Below, piece by piece: positions 1-9,191 of a stretch of DNA of 57,578 bases (positions are counted from its first letter, which is position 1; each line of letters begins with the position of its first letter). Under the pieces are notes generated by a model that was not told the DNA's origin, ran no database searches, and saw only the letters and a program-made list of their open reading frames with translations. This stretch comes from a virus (taxonomy: Duplodnaviria; Caudoviricetes), in the IMG/VR virus record IMGVR_UViG_3300046049_000065, positions 1 to 57,578 of that record, one strand, 5' to 3'. The translations under genes and the position numbers were made by a program.

Positions 1-364
1 TCGTCGAATCCTCCAGCCACCCGGTGTTGTTCGAGACGGCGCTCATCTCGCCAACCGGGTCGGGCGACTCGGGCGTCGATTCTTCCGTTTCTGTCTCGGT
101 CTCTGTCTCGGTCTCTGTCTCGGGGTCCGTCGGGTCCTCTGTCGGGGCGTCGGGTTGCGTCTCGGTACCGCCGCCAGCATCCCCGTTGCCGTTGCCGTTG
201 CCGTTGCCGTTACCGGTTGCATCCGCGTCAGTATCGTCCTCCGGATCACCAGCGAGTGCGCTCACTCCGACACACCCCGCAAGGGCGTAGGCGGTGCCGA
301 TGACGACGTTGCGTCGTCGTGAGTGCGATTCGTCAATCCCCGGTAGTCGATCAAACCGACCCAT
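1..364 (-). CDS. Tat-exported lipoprotein, 3' end outside window
   Basis: Manual translation (not in ORF track): MGRFDRLPGIDESHSRRRNVVIGTAYALAGCVG. Twin-arginine motif and LAGC lipobox, followed by GN and ET low-complexity linkers. Confidence 0.75.
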   Translation of the reverse strand, partial: MGRFDRLPGIDESHSRRRNVVIGTAYALAGCVGVSALAGDPEDDTDADATGNGNGNGNGNGDAGGGTETQPDAPTEDPTDPETETETETETETEESTPESPDPVGEMSAVSNNTGWLEDST

Positions 365-440
365 GGGCAAGCGTGAGGTGCAGTTGGTAAAGTAGTGAGG
401 GTCTGATTGACACAACGCCGGGATTCAATCCCAGGAAGTA

Positions 441-482
441 TTAACCAACAGACGCGGTCGCAAACGCCACGCTGTTGGTTAA
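441..482. repeat. 11-bp perfect inverted repeat between divergent genes
   Basis: TTAACCAACAG (441-451) / CTGTTGGTTAA (472-482). Confidence 0.6.
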
Positions 483-602
483 GTTCTACGTTCACCGACA
501 GAATCCGCCCGACAGGCGCGCATGTAAGCGGTTTTCGCGTGTTCACTTTCGCTTCGGCGGGTAATTTCGTTTACAAGCCATCCTCTCCTCGTTTGGTCTC
601 AT

Positions 603-863
603 ATGATGGGGCACACTCTCCAGTCAGACGGGAGCGCCGAGGCCGACGCCAGAAATCGTGTCATCATCAACCGCGAATCAGAAGCCGACCGGTGGCGATA
701 TCGGTGCCCGAACAATCACACGCGCTGGTCGCCGACGAATAACCACATTTATTGCACGTCCTGCGCCAGTCAATCAAATCCGGGCGACGGCCCGGAGTAC
801 TGGACACTACTCGATACGAAGACCGGCGAGGAGATTCCCTGGTCGCGGGTGGTGTTTCGGTGA
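603..863 (+). CDS. small Cys/His zinc-binding protein
   Basis: CPNNH...HIYCTSC motif, typical of small haloarchaeal mobile-element proteins. Confidence 0.7.
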   Translation: MMGHTLQSDGSAEADARNRVIINRESEADRWRYRCPNNHTRWSPTNNHIYCTSCASQSNPGDGPEYWTLLDTKTGEEIPWSRVVFR

Positions 864-871
864 CCGCAGCG

Positions 872-1120
872 TCAATCAGTGTCGTCGCTGACCTCCACCT
901 CAATCGAGCCCGCCTCGAGCGCGTCGACTGTGGCCTCCGTGATGTCCTTGCTGGTGATTTTTCGCTCGCGGCTCTCAACGGCATCGTCAACGGCCATGCG
1001 GATCCCCTCGCTCAGCGACAGCGCCGAGGGGTAGTGGTCGGCCAGCCGTTCGGCGAGATGACGGGGGACCGTGACGTGGACTTCGAGATTCTCATCCTCG
1101 CGGTCGTAGGGGTCGGACAT
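872..1120 (-). CDS. RHH-like DNA-binding protein
   Basis: Beta-strand VHVTVP followed by two helices (SLSEGIRMAV); acidic. Confidence 0.6.
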   Translation of the reverse strand: MSDPYDREDENLEVHVTVPRHLAERLADHYPSALSLSEGIRMAVDDAVESRERKITSKDITEATVDALEAGSIEVEVSDDTD

Positions 1121-1275
1121 GTCCGGGTGTTGGATTCGGCGGTGGTTAAATCACCGCTTGTGGCATTGTTGCACAGTCAAATCCACACGGATGCGGCCTC
1201 CGGCGACGGTGGCCGTGAGAGTTCATCTTTAGGCCACCGGCAGGGACTGGTGGGTTGTGCTTAGAATGAGTTGTA

Positions 1276-1688
1276 TTGACATCCTCCCCGCCCTTCAGGG
1301 CGAGGATTCCCACCGCCGGAGCCACACCGCAAGCGGCTGCGTTGGGAGTTTCAGGTTCGCACACCGACGAGGTGCGGGCCATGCCAAGTGGCCGTTACTC
1401 CTATCCTCGGCACGTCCGTTCCCGTCGTTTCCTCGGGGCTTCGGACGTGCGTCGACGGATTCGGAGGTACCTGGGTATTTTGCGTCGGTACCCGACGTAT
1501 CCCGATGGGGTACCAGCGGGCTTCGGTCGGGGACTCCGAGTTTGTCCGATTGTCCCGATATGGGCGCGGACGTGCCGCGTCGGATAAATACTGGTACGTT
1601 CCGAGGGCACCTAAGCCTGCCGATTTGGGCGTTTTCAACTGATGACGGCGATTCATCCCCGCCCTCAACGGCGGGGCTTTCTCGCCTG
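1276..1688 (-). mobile_element. non-autonomous IS200/IS605 (IS1341-type) MITE retaining an omega-RNA-like 3' region
   Basis: Left-end hairpin CCCCGCCGTTGAGGGCGGGG and right end GGGAATCCTCGCCCTGAAGGGCGGGGAGGATGTCAA. Contains GAGGATAGGAGTAACGGC, resembling haloarchaeal tnpB 3' ends. No transposase or tnpB ORF. Confidence 0.8.
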
Positions 1689-1825
1689 CAAGTACGTAAC
1701 AGCAGTCAAGTGGTCGGCAGTCGGGTGGGTGCAAGCGGGTGCCGCCAGGCGTCAATCAGCCGGCATCGTCATCGGATTTCTCTCGTCCAGCAGCTCCTGA
1801 ACGGCATTACCCCACCCCAACAGCG

Positions 1826-1999
1826 TTACTCCCCGATAGTCTCGCCCATCTCGCGTTCAAGATATTCCTCAAGCGCCTCGCGAACAATAGCCGATTTGTC
1901 GGGTTCGTACTTGTACTGGTTACGGTATTCATTGAAAACCTCCTCAAGATCGTCGTTAAGGCGGACGGAAAGCGTGGTTGCCATCGTCGTTGCGGACAT
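1826..1999 (-). CDS. RHH/CopG-family repressor
   Basis: TLSVRL...KSAIVREALEEYL. Confidence 0.8.
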   Translation of the reverse strand: MSATTMATTLSVRLNDDLEEVFNEYRNQYKYEPDKSAIVREALEEYLEREMGETIGE

Positions 2000-2152
2000 A
2001 GTTGCTCTACCTACTTTTGTATTGAGTTTCACTACATTTCAATATTACGGCACCCGTACGGGTTTTATTACCATCAACTACCGTCATACACCACAGCGAA
2101 GTAGCACCACGGGGGAAACTAATAAGTGTACTGCGCGTAAGTGTTGTAATAC

Positions 2153-2332
2153 ATGACCGGTGACAAGGAGCACTACGTCCAGTTCCGCTGCTCCGAGAAG
2201 CTAAAGCGGCGTCTCGGGGCGGGAGCCGGGCTGCGAAACTGCTCCAACAGCGAGTACATCCGCCAATTAATTCAGGAGGACACCGAGGACCTCCCAGAAC
2301 ATCTGCTTAAAACAGACCTTTCCGAAGCATGA
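2153..2332 (+). CDS. RHH-family regulator, divergent partner (59 aa, below ORF-track cutoff)
   Basis: MTGDKEHYVQFRCSEKLKRRL...SNSEYIRQLIQEDT; AT-rich promoter-like sequence upstream. Confidence 0.75.
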   Translation: MTGDKEHYVQFRCSEKLKRRLGAGAGLRNCSNSEYIRQLIQEDTEDLPEHLLKTDLSEA

Positions 2333-2596
2333 CCTACATACTCACGCTCTACGCGAGTGACGATGACACGGTGGGCGACGTCGCCCGGCGCGCGGTAGCG
2401 CACACTGGCGAGTTGAACCCACACTGAGATATGAACTTCCGGGAGAGGCCTCAGCTCACCCAGAAAACCGCTGACCAACAAACGCACAACGCAAACGCAC
2501 AAACGCATGCACACATACCGCACACGACCACATTGTTATTTGCCCGATGCTGCGGCCACTGAGCCGCTAGACCCGGGTTACCGACGCGCGCAAGCG

Positions 2597-3385
2597 CTGC
2601 CGCCGGCAGGTGCGTTACTCGCGTTCGAGTCGCGAGCGGCGGTCTCCGGACGCCCGGGCGCAGCCCGGGTTGGCACACAAGCTGGCCCCGGCGCGGCCGG
2701 GCGTCCGTCCTGGTCCCGACTCCCCAGCCGTGTATCGCCCAAGCGACGGCGTCGCAAGACACCGTCGTGGCCCACGTTCCTATCGAAGATTTGGAGCGCT
2801 CGTGCCGCTCGCGATGCCGGTGTCCCCCTTCCCCACCCCGGCATCTGCGAGCGGCTGCCGGCATCGTTCGTTTCGTCCACTGACAGCTGGCCGTCGAGGC
2901 GGTCGGCACGCTGGCCCGGCTGGCTGGGGCCGTCCGAGTTCGACTCTCGGGGGGACCGCTTGGACGACCGCGAAACCCTCGCGGACCGTCCGGCCGCGTG
3001 GCGACCGCTATGGGGCGACCCTACCGAAAGGGGGACGTCACCTGCAGGCGGCGGGCCACCTACAAACGGGGTTCGACTCCCCGCGCGGTCTTTGGACCAT
3101 CGCGACGGCCGTCCCGTACGCTCCATACGGGGCCGCGGGCCGCCGTCGTCGGGGCCGCCCAGCCCCACTCCTGTATCGCTCGTCAACCATCCATCGCAGG
3201 CGCGGGAGTCGGTCCCGTTGCCGGACGCACCCGCCTCGCCAGCGTGGCAGCTCTCGAACAGGTCAGATCGGTTCCCACATTCGGGGGCGGCCGTCGCGGT
3301 GGTCCGGCCGACCCGGGCGGCACGCACCCCGGCGCTGTCATCGACAGCGGCCGCGCGTGCGGCGGTTCGACTCCGCCGGTCGGCA
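2597..3385 (+). ncRNA. putative structured RNA: array of four tRNA-like elements separated by long stems
   Basis: Four 5-bp T-stems with TTCGA(C/G)T loops at 2619-2635, 2934-2950, 3067-3083 and 3361-3377. Each is followed directly by a 7-nt strand that pairs to an upstream acceptor strand. No credible acidic ORF in the region. Confidence 0.7.
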
Positions 3386-3502
3386 CTCAGGCGTACAGCT
3401 CGCTTACTGCCCTGCAGCAGCGCGACCCGGGCCCCGAACCTACCAAAATCCAGACGCCCGGGTCGGGCTCGGACGACGGCCGCGCACGCGGACCGGGGTC
3501 AC

Positions 3503-3593
3503 CCGCGATAAACACGGAGACGCTGTCCGCTGAACCACGATGACCACAGATACGCCGTCCGCTGAACCATGATGAACGCAGACACGCCGTCCG
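3503..3593. repeat. ~2.7 copies of a 32-bp degenerate tandem repeat
   Basis: GTCCGCTGAACCAYGATGAMCRCAGAYACGCC; GTCC recurs at 3525, 3557 and 3589. Confidence 0.75.
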
Positions 3594-3886
3594 GTCGGGA
3601 CGAGGACCCGACCGGACAAAAGAGCACCGACGACGGCTCGCGGCCCACCGGTGGGCCCATCGAGCCAGGCGCATCGACTTCGACGCCAACTGCTGTTGCT
3701 CGCGAGGCGCGCACCAGCCTTCGCGAGCTGCGCGACCGGCTGGCCGCAATGGAGGGCGCGAACAGCACTCGGGCGTTGACCGAGACTGAGGAGGCGCTGG
3801 AGGCGACCGGCTGTGCAATCGCGTTTCTGACCGAGGTTTCGACAAAGACCGAGATCGAAATCGAAATCGAAGGAGGTGACGAGTGA
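3569..3886 (+). CDS. hypothetical protein
   Basis: Acidic ORF overlapping the next start, which has a GGAGGTGA SD. Confidence 0.55.
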   Translation: MMNADTPSGRDEDPTGQKSTDDGSRPTGGPIEPGASTSTPTAVAREARTSLRELRDRLAAMEGANSTRALTETEEALEATGCAIAFLTEVSTKTEIEIEIEGGDE

Positions 3887-4629
3887 TGCAGGCGGCGCTG
3901 CTGTACGCGCTCGAGGGGTCGCCGGACGGCGACCGCGTCGAGTCGAAGCTTGACAACCACTTCCCGGCGGTCGAGGCCCACGCAACGGCGTACCTTGACG
4001 GGCTCCAGTTGAGCCACGGTCGGGCCGCCGCCCTCATTAACGACGAGCGCACGCTTCCGATGCCGACGAGTTCCGGTATCGAAACCACGGAGATGGAGGT
4101 CAGCCGGAAGGCCCTGGTCGACTTCTACGCCGATCTTGAGGGCGGCTGGGCCGGCATCTCGTCGTCGGACGGCGAGTGGTTTGTTGAGGAGTGGCTGCGC
4201 ACGCAGCACAGCGTCAGCGCGCACGAGATGATGCTGGACCTGGAGGCGTGGATCGACGACTTCCTCGCGGAGTCCGCGCCCGAGGTGTGGGGTGTCAGCT
4301 ACTCCGTGACGGTGGGCGACGAGACCACCCGCGCCGGCGCGGACTTCCACCGCGACGCCGACCTTGACCAGCTGGAGCGGGACGCCGAATACATCTCGGG
4401 GGTCGGCTTCCGCTACGACTGGTCGGGTGATATCGTCCGCGGCGTCATCTACGAGTCCGGGTATGTGGCGCTCTACACCCGCTTTACCGAGGCGCAGTTC
4501 GGCCGCTGGCTTGCCGACCATGTCATCCCCTACAGCTATTCGGATGTCGAGGCAGCCGCCGAGACCCACCAGACCACGCTCGGTGAGACGGGCGGCGTCG
4601 AAGCGTCGGGAGGGCAGGCCGATGTCTGA
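3883..4629 (+). CDS. hypothetical viral protein
   Basis: 248-aa acidic ORF with SD. Confidence 0.8.
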   Translation: MMQAALLYALEGSPDGDRVESKLDNHFPAVEAHATAYLDGLQLSHGRAAALINDERTLPMPTSSGIETTEMEVSRKALVDFYADLEGGWAGISSSDGEWFVEEWLRTQHSVSAHEMMLDLEAWIDDFLAESAPEVWGVSYSVTVGDETTRAGADFHRDADLDQLERDAEYISGVGFRYDWSGDIVRGVIYESGYVALYTRFTEAQFGRWLADHVIPYSYSDVEAAAETHQTTLGETGGVEASGGQADV

Positions 4630-4765
4630 GGAGGCTGTCCAAAAGATCCAGGACGCGCTGAACCTGGCGGCCGTCGGCGAGGCCGACATTGAGACGCTGC
4701 GGACGGAATTCGAAAACGGCCTCGAAAAGCTCGAGTATCTCGAGGAGATGCGGGGGGAGGCCTAA
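4622..4765 (+). CDS. small hypothetical protein
   Basis: MSEEAVQKIQDAL...; coupled to both neighbours. Confidence 0.6.
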   Translation: MSEEAVQKIQDALNLAAVGEADIETLRTEFENGLEKLEYLEEMRGEA

Positions 4766-4932
4766 TGTGTCGCCGTTGGGTGGTCGAGAGCGTCCAGCAG
4801 TACGCCGGCGTCGGCGACCAGTCCGACGCGTGCCCCAACGGCACCGTCGGCTGCCCTGGCGAGGCGGTCAGCGACGAACTGCCCTGTTTCGGGTGTGTCC
4901 TCGATTCGAAAGGGGTGGCGGCCAATGAATGA
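4765..4932 (+). CDS. small Cys-rich protein
   Basis: TAATG coupling; CPNGTVGC...PCFGC. Confidence 0.55.
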   Translation: MCRRWVVESVQQYAGVGDQSDACPNGTVGCPGEAVSDELPCFGCVLDSKGVAANE

Positions 4933-5302
4933 GCAGTCCGCGGGCGATACTGAACATGATGAGGAGTACTGGAAGAAATATCCGCATACGACTGTGCGGG
5001 GCGTCCCTGTTACAGAGTCGACCGCCGGCGTTGACGTCACACTGATCGATCTATCTCGAATCGACGAGCCACCGATGATCTTGCTGCAGGAATACTACCC
5101 GCCAGAGGACGACGTAGAAGGCGACACTGTCGGTGTGCATGGTCTGGGGGAAGCAGTTGAACTCGCATCGACCATCCTCGAGTTGCTGAGTCCGCAATTC
5201 GAGATGCCGGCCATGGACCGCGATGAACTTGAAGACGACGTCTGGACGCGGTATGTAGAGCCGGAGATCGACAGCCCAACGGAGGGCTCGGACGATGAGT
5301 GA
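4925..5302 (+). CDS. hypothetical protein
   Basis: Acidic, translationally coupled. Confidence 0.7.
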   Translation: MNEQSAGDTEHDEEYWKKYPHTTVRGVPVTESTAGVDVTLIDLSRIDEPPMILLQEYYPPEDDVEGDTVGVHGLGEAVELASTILELLSPQFEMPAMDRDELEDDVWTRYVEPEIDSPTEGSDDE

Positions 5303-6173
5303 CGGTCACTCCGCGGGCGAGACCGAGCACCCATCGCGCTGCAGCGACCCCATCACGGAACGTGGGGGGCTGGTCGGTCGCGGGGCTGTCCTCTACGACA
5401 CGCGCGACCCCCACGCCAGGCCGTGCTGTGCTCGGTCCGAGGGTCGGTGTCTCGCCCACGTCCTCGGTGTCTTTGAAGAGACGACCACCGGAGCGGTCTA
5501 CTATAAGGTTGCGGACGGGACATGGACCACCGAAGAGTGGGTCCACGCCGACGACCTGCTCGCCATCTTCGAGCCGGCCGGCTGGTCTGTAACTGGTGTT
5601 AAACCGACGTATCTGCTCACCCGCGAGCACGGCGTTGCGGACCATCACGACCTAATGACCGACGGCGGTACCGTCGAGGACGGAGGTGATCAACCCGACA
5701 GCGGGCTGTTTGCGGAGCACAAGGAGGAACTTCCCGAGGAATGGCACGACGCCTTTGACGCGCTCACTGCGCAGGGCAAGTCCCCGACCGGAATCAAGGC
5801 CACTATCGAGTACGTAATCACGCCGAAGACGCAGCAGGAAGTGTCTCAGGAGTTCAACGTCTCCGAAGTCACCATCCGGAACCTACAGGCCGCTGTCGTC
5901 GCTCTCGGCTCGGTTGAGGCAAAGCGGGGCTCAAGCCACGGAGCAGAACAAAAGACTGCAATGGACTACTGCAACCACATCGCCGACCGCCTCGGGTGGG
6001 ACGAAGATATTGAGTTTAGCGTCTCGGATGGCGTATACAATTCAACTCCTCAACCAGCGGTTCTGAAAGAAGGGTGGCGTTCACTCTATCGAGCCATTGC
6101 CTCCGGGTCCAAAGACAGTAAAACGCGCGATACGACGAGCACGAGGATCGACAGCAACGGAGGCGATTCGTGA
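5295..6173 (+). CDS. two-domain protein with C-terminal HTH
   Basis: TQQEVSQEFNVSEVTIRN HTH; LMTDGG linker. Confidence 0.7.
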   Translation: MSDGHSAGETEHPSRCSDPITERGGLVGRGAVLYDTRDPHARPCCARSEGRCLAHVLGVFEETTTGAVYYKVADGTWTTEEWVHADDLLAIFEPAGWSVTGVKPTYLLTREHGVADHHDLMTDGGTVEDGGDQPDSGLFAEHKEELPEEWHDAFDALTAQGKSPTGIKATIEYVITPKTQQEVSQEFNVSEVTIRNLQAAVVALGSVEAKRGSSHGAEQKTAMDYCNHIADRLGWDEDIEFSVSDGVYNSTPQPAVLKEGWRSLYRAIASGSKDSKTRDTTSTRIDSNGGDS

Positions 6174-6412
6174 TGTCTGAGGACGGGACTAAGCGTGAGA
6201 TAGTCACCAATCGCATCGGCACCGAAGCCCCGGCATCGGTTGACAGCGTTGACCTCGCAGCCGCCGACGAGTGTCCGGTCTGCGGTGGCACGACCGGCCT
6301 GCTGGAGTTGCCTGCGGGCTATTATCACTGCGAGAGTTGCTGGACTACGTGGGCCGGCGATCTGACAGACGCACGGCTCGTTGATTACTGCTATTCGGGA
6401 GGGGACGCATGA
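6170..6412 (+). CDS. zinc-finger protein
   Basis: CPVCG...CESC. Confidence 0.7.
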   Translation: MMSEDGTKREIVTNRIGTEAPASVDSVDLAAADECPVCGGTTGLLELPAGYYHCESCWTTWAGDLTDARLVDYCYSGGDA

Positions 6413-7083
6413 GGCGACTGACACGAGAGAAGTCGCTGACCGAGCGCGAGTTCGAGCGTCTGCTTATCGGTGCAGGGTCACTCAACGATCCGATCGATCA
6501 GCTCCAAGCCCGCGCCGCCATCCTCATCGGCGGACGGTTGGGGATGCGCCCTGGCGAGGTTGTCCACCTCTCATCGGACTGGGTCAACCGCCGCAGAGAG
6601 ATGATCCACATTCCCGGACACGACCCCTGCACGAAAGGCCGCGACGGCGGTCCCTGTGGGTACTGCAAGCAGGCGGTGAAGCAGCAACTCAAACACGACG
6701 AAAGCAAGGTGTTTGAGGATGTCCTTGAGGACTATTGGAACCCGAAAACTGACGCGGCAGTCCGTGACGTTCCGTACCGCTTCTCGCAGCGGGTCGGAGT
6801 CGCCATCGAGATGCTGCTCAAAGAGTTTGATGGCTTCCCGCACTCGTTTTCGACGCTTCAACGGCGGTTGAACGAGTCGCTCGATGCTGCGCCAGATCTC
6901 AACAGGGAATCAACGACGCTGCACGGACTCCGCGCGACTGCGGCATCATATCACGCTGGCCGCGGCCTTGATGCGGGGCCGCTCCAATCGATGTTTGGCT
7001 GGGAGGACTTGTCAACCGCACGCAATTACATCGCCGTCGACGGCGAGATGACTGCTCGAGCACTCGGGGAGGTGCATGGATAA
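6409..7083 (+). CDS. tyrosine recombinase/integrase (catalytic domain only)
   Basis: GMRPGE (R), PKT (K), HGLR (HxxR), FGW and ARNY (Y). Confidence 0.9.
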   Translation: MRRLTREKSLTEREFERLLIGAGSLNDPIDQLQARAAILIGGRLGMRPGEVVHLSSDWVNRRREMIHIPGHDPCTKGRDGGPCGYCKQAVKQQLKHDESKVFEDVLEDYWNPKTDAAVRDVPYRFSQRVGVAIEMLLKEFDGFPHSFSTLQRRLNESLDAAPDLNRESTTLHGLRATAASYHAGRGLDAGPLQSMFGWEDLSTARNYIAVDGEMTARALGEVHG

Positions 7084-7325
7084 TGTCGGAGAATAATACC
7101 AATAGCTACGCAGACGATATTGACCGGACCGGCGAACCCGTGTTGGTAGAGTGGCGTGGCGGTATGGATACTGACTGGATGGTGAAAGTTGACCCATATA
7201 GCGGGTCTGTGACGGTAAACGGACGGGAGTTCGACGTTGGCGTTCTCATTTCAGACGATATACCTGACTGGATGCACGGGTCAGCGCCGGCGGGAAGCGA
7301 CCGACAAGGAGACGATTCGCAATGA
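7083..7325 (+). CDS. hypothetical protein
   Basis: TAATG coupling, acidic. Confidence 0.65.
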   Translation: MSENNTNSYADDIDRTGEPVLVEWRGGMDTDWMVKVDPYSGSVTVNGREFDVGVLISDDIPDWMHGSAPAGSDRQGDDSQ

Positions 7326-7537
7326 CTGGAGACGCTAAAGAGTGCGGCCACCCTGTCGAACTCACCTATCCCGCGAGCGACGCTTGGCGTTGCACCGTCT
7401 GTAATCGAGTTATAGACACGTTCGAGGAATCTGATGAAAATGCTCGAGTGAACAACTCGGAAACCCGAGAGGAAACAGAGCGTTCCATCGCTGCGGGGAA
7501 CAAGCAGTCTGGGGGAGGTGAACACGGAGATGTCTGA
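7322..7537 (+). CDS. small zinc-finger protein
   Basis: CGH...CTVC. Confidence 0.6.
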   Translation: MTGDAKECGHPVELTYPASDAWRCTVCNRVIDTFEESDENARVNNSETREETERSIAAGNKQSGGGEHGDV

Positions 7538-8003
7538 GGTCACGTTCCACAGCCACGATAGCGTCGGCGGCGCGCTGGAGGCCGCCGGCGCCACGAAGAA
7601 CCCGGGCAACGTCCACTCGGCGCTGAAGCGGGTGTACCGCGAGGCCGTCGGCGACCCGGCCAAACCCGCAGCCTCGGATTACCTCATGGCCGTCAGCGGT
7701 ACCGACGGCGCCGTCTGCGTCGAACTGGCCCGCGACGAGCCCCTTATTGTCCGGGGCGGGCAGGCCGTTCCGGACGGCGTCGAGACCGACTACCAGCGCT
7801 ACGACGAGGGCGGCGCGGAGCCCGTTGTCGTAGACGTCCCGTCGCAGGGCATCCCGACCTGGGTCGCCCAGTGGGGCGCCACGTTGGGTCTCCACGACGA
7901 CCACATCGCCAAGCAGTTCGCCGCCGCCGACTCGGTCGACGGCGACAGCGACATTGACCTACAGATGCAGCGGGCGCGGGCCCGCTCCTACCGGAGGGCC
8001 TGA
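7530..8003 (+). CDS. hypothetical protein
   Basis: GGAGGTGA SD, acidic. Confidence 0.75.
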   Translation: MSEVTFHSHDSVGGALEAAGATKNPGNVHSALKRVYREAVGDPAKPAASDYLMAVSGTDGAVCVELARDEPLIVRGGQAVPDGVETDYQRYDEGGAEPVVVDVPSQGIPTWVAQWGATLGLHDDHIAKQFAAADSVDGDSDIDLQMQRARARSYRRA

Positions 8004-8005
8004 CG

Positions 8006-8638
8006 ATGGGGTGGCAACCCATCCATTCGATTCGGGGCAAATCTGCGGAGCCGCTGCTCAGCGTCTACGCCGACTGGCAAGTGTGGATTAACGCTGTCGC
8101 TGACCGAGCGTTCTTTGCTGAGGCCGACGCGGTCACCGTTGATGTCGACCCGGCGCGCTCGGTGTTGGCGCTGGCGCCGGCCGAGGCCGACGCTGACGGG
8201 GCGTACTCGCTCACGCGACAGCAGTCAGCCGGCGCGAAGGCCCAGCTTCGGGCCCCGTTCCGGACGTTAGGACTGGCCCCGGGCGCGCTGGCAGACACGC
8301 ACTATTGCAGGCTTGAGCGACGGGATGGGCAGGCGGTCGCTGACTGCTCGCCACTGCTCGCAGCAGCCGGCGTCGAGACGCCTGCCTCTGATGCCGAGGG
8401 CGACGCCGAACGGAGCGACGGAGAGTCCAGCGCGACGCCCGAAGGCGGGGAAGCGGCCGACGAGGCTGCGTCAATCGCCGACCTCGCCACGCAGGCCGAT
8501 GTTGCGTCGGTGCACGACCTCGCCGAGCGGCTGGACTGCGAGCCGGACCGCGCGCGGACACAGGCGATGGTCGCTGGCGTCTACAACAGGCTCAGTGACG
8601 CCCCCGACGAGGGCGGCTCCAGGAGGGACAACACATGA
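8006..8638 (+). CDS. hypothetical protein, possible C-terminal HTH
   Basis: SVHDLAERLDCEPDRAR. Confidence 0.7.
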   Translation: MGWQPIHSIRGKSAEPLLSVYADWQVWINAVADRAFFAEADAVTVDVDPARSVLALAPAEADADGAYSLTRQQSAGAKAQLRAPFRTLGLAPGALADTHYCRLERRDGQAVADCSPLLAAAGVETPASDAEGDAERSDGESSATPEGGEAADEAASIADLATQADVASVHDLAERLDCEPDRARTQAMVAGVYNRLSDAPDEGGSRRDNT

Positions 8639-8769
8639 GCGGCGTCGACTGTCCGGTCTGTGGCGCCGCCGTCGAGTGCGCCTGGAAGTGTCAGGCCTGC
8701 GGCAAGCCGCGGCCGTTCGGGACGAACGACGGCGTCGGAGCTGGGGCCCAGCAGGGAGGCGGCTACTGA
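8635..8769 (+). CDS. small CPxCG zinc-finger protein
   Basis: MSGVDCPVCG...CQACG; ATGA overlap. Confidence 0.65.
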   Translation: MSGVDCPVCGAAVECAWKCQACGKPRPFGTNDGVGAGAQQGGGY

Positions 8770-9191
8770 TGGGCACGATCCAAGCGGACTACCACGAGCA
8801 AGACTACGGCACGCCCCCCCAGCGGGTTCGCGGCGTCCTGCGGTATCATCCCGCCGCCGCGCTCGAGCTGCCAGCGCCCGATGAAACCTTCCGGCTGCAA
8901 GAACTGTTGGATCAGCCCCACTGGAATCACTCGCTCACGCACGTGGCAACGAGACACAGCATTATCGAGCGAGCCGAGTACAACAGCCAGAGCGGCCATC
9001 TGTGGCGGACGACCCCCGACGTGCACGCCTGGGTTGTCGACACGATTGAGCCGCCCGACTTGACGCCGTGCGGCCACCAGGGGATTCGGTGTGTCGAGTC
9101 CGGCGAGACCTACACGTGCTCGCTGCCCGACACGGAGTGCGACGAGCAGTTCGGACGCGAGGCTGCCGAGGCGGTGATCGACGGTGACTGA
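8769..9191 (+). CDS. hypothetical protein with C-terminal Cys cluster
   Basis: Coupled start MGTIQ; PCGH...C...C. Confidence 0.7.
   Translation: MGTIQADYHEQDYGTPPQRVRGVLRYHPAAALELPAPDETFRLQELLDQPHWNHSLTHVATRHSIIERAEYNSQSGHLWRTTPDVHAWVVDTIEPPDLTPCGHQGIRCVESGETYTCSLPDTECDEQFGREAAEAVIDGD

Noticed and set aside
88-215. TCTGTC/TCGGTC and CCGTTG hexamer repeats
   Set aside because: They encode ET and GN linkers of the lipoprotein.
2992-3091. Canonical tRNA genes in the RNA array
   Set aside because: Acceptor and T arms are good, but there are no proper D or anticodon arms, so they are called tRNA-like only.
2451-3543. Long ORFs 2507..3511, 2610..3533 and 2578..3327
   Set aside because: Arg/Pro/Gly-rich and non-acidic; expected shadow ORFs in very GC-rich structured DNA.
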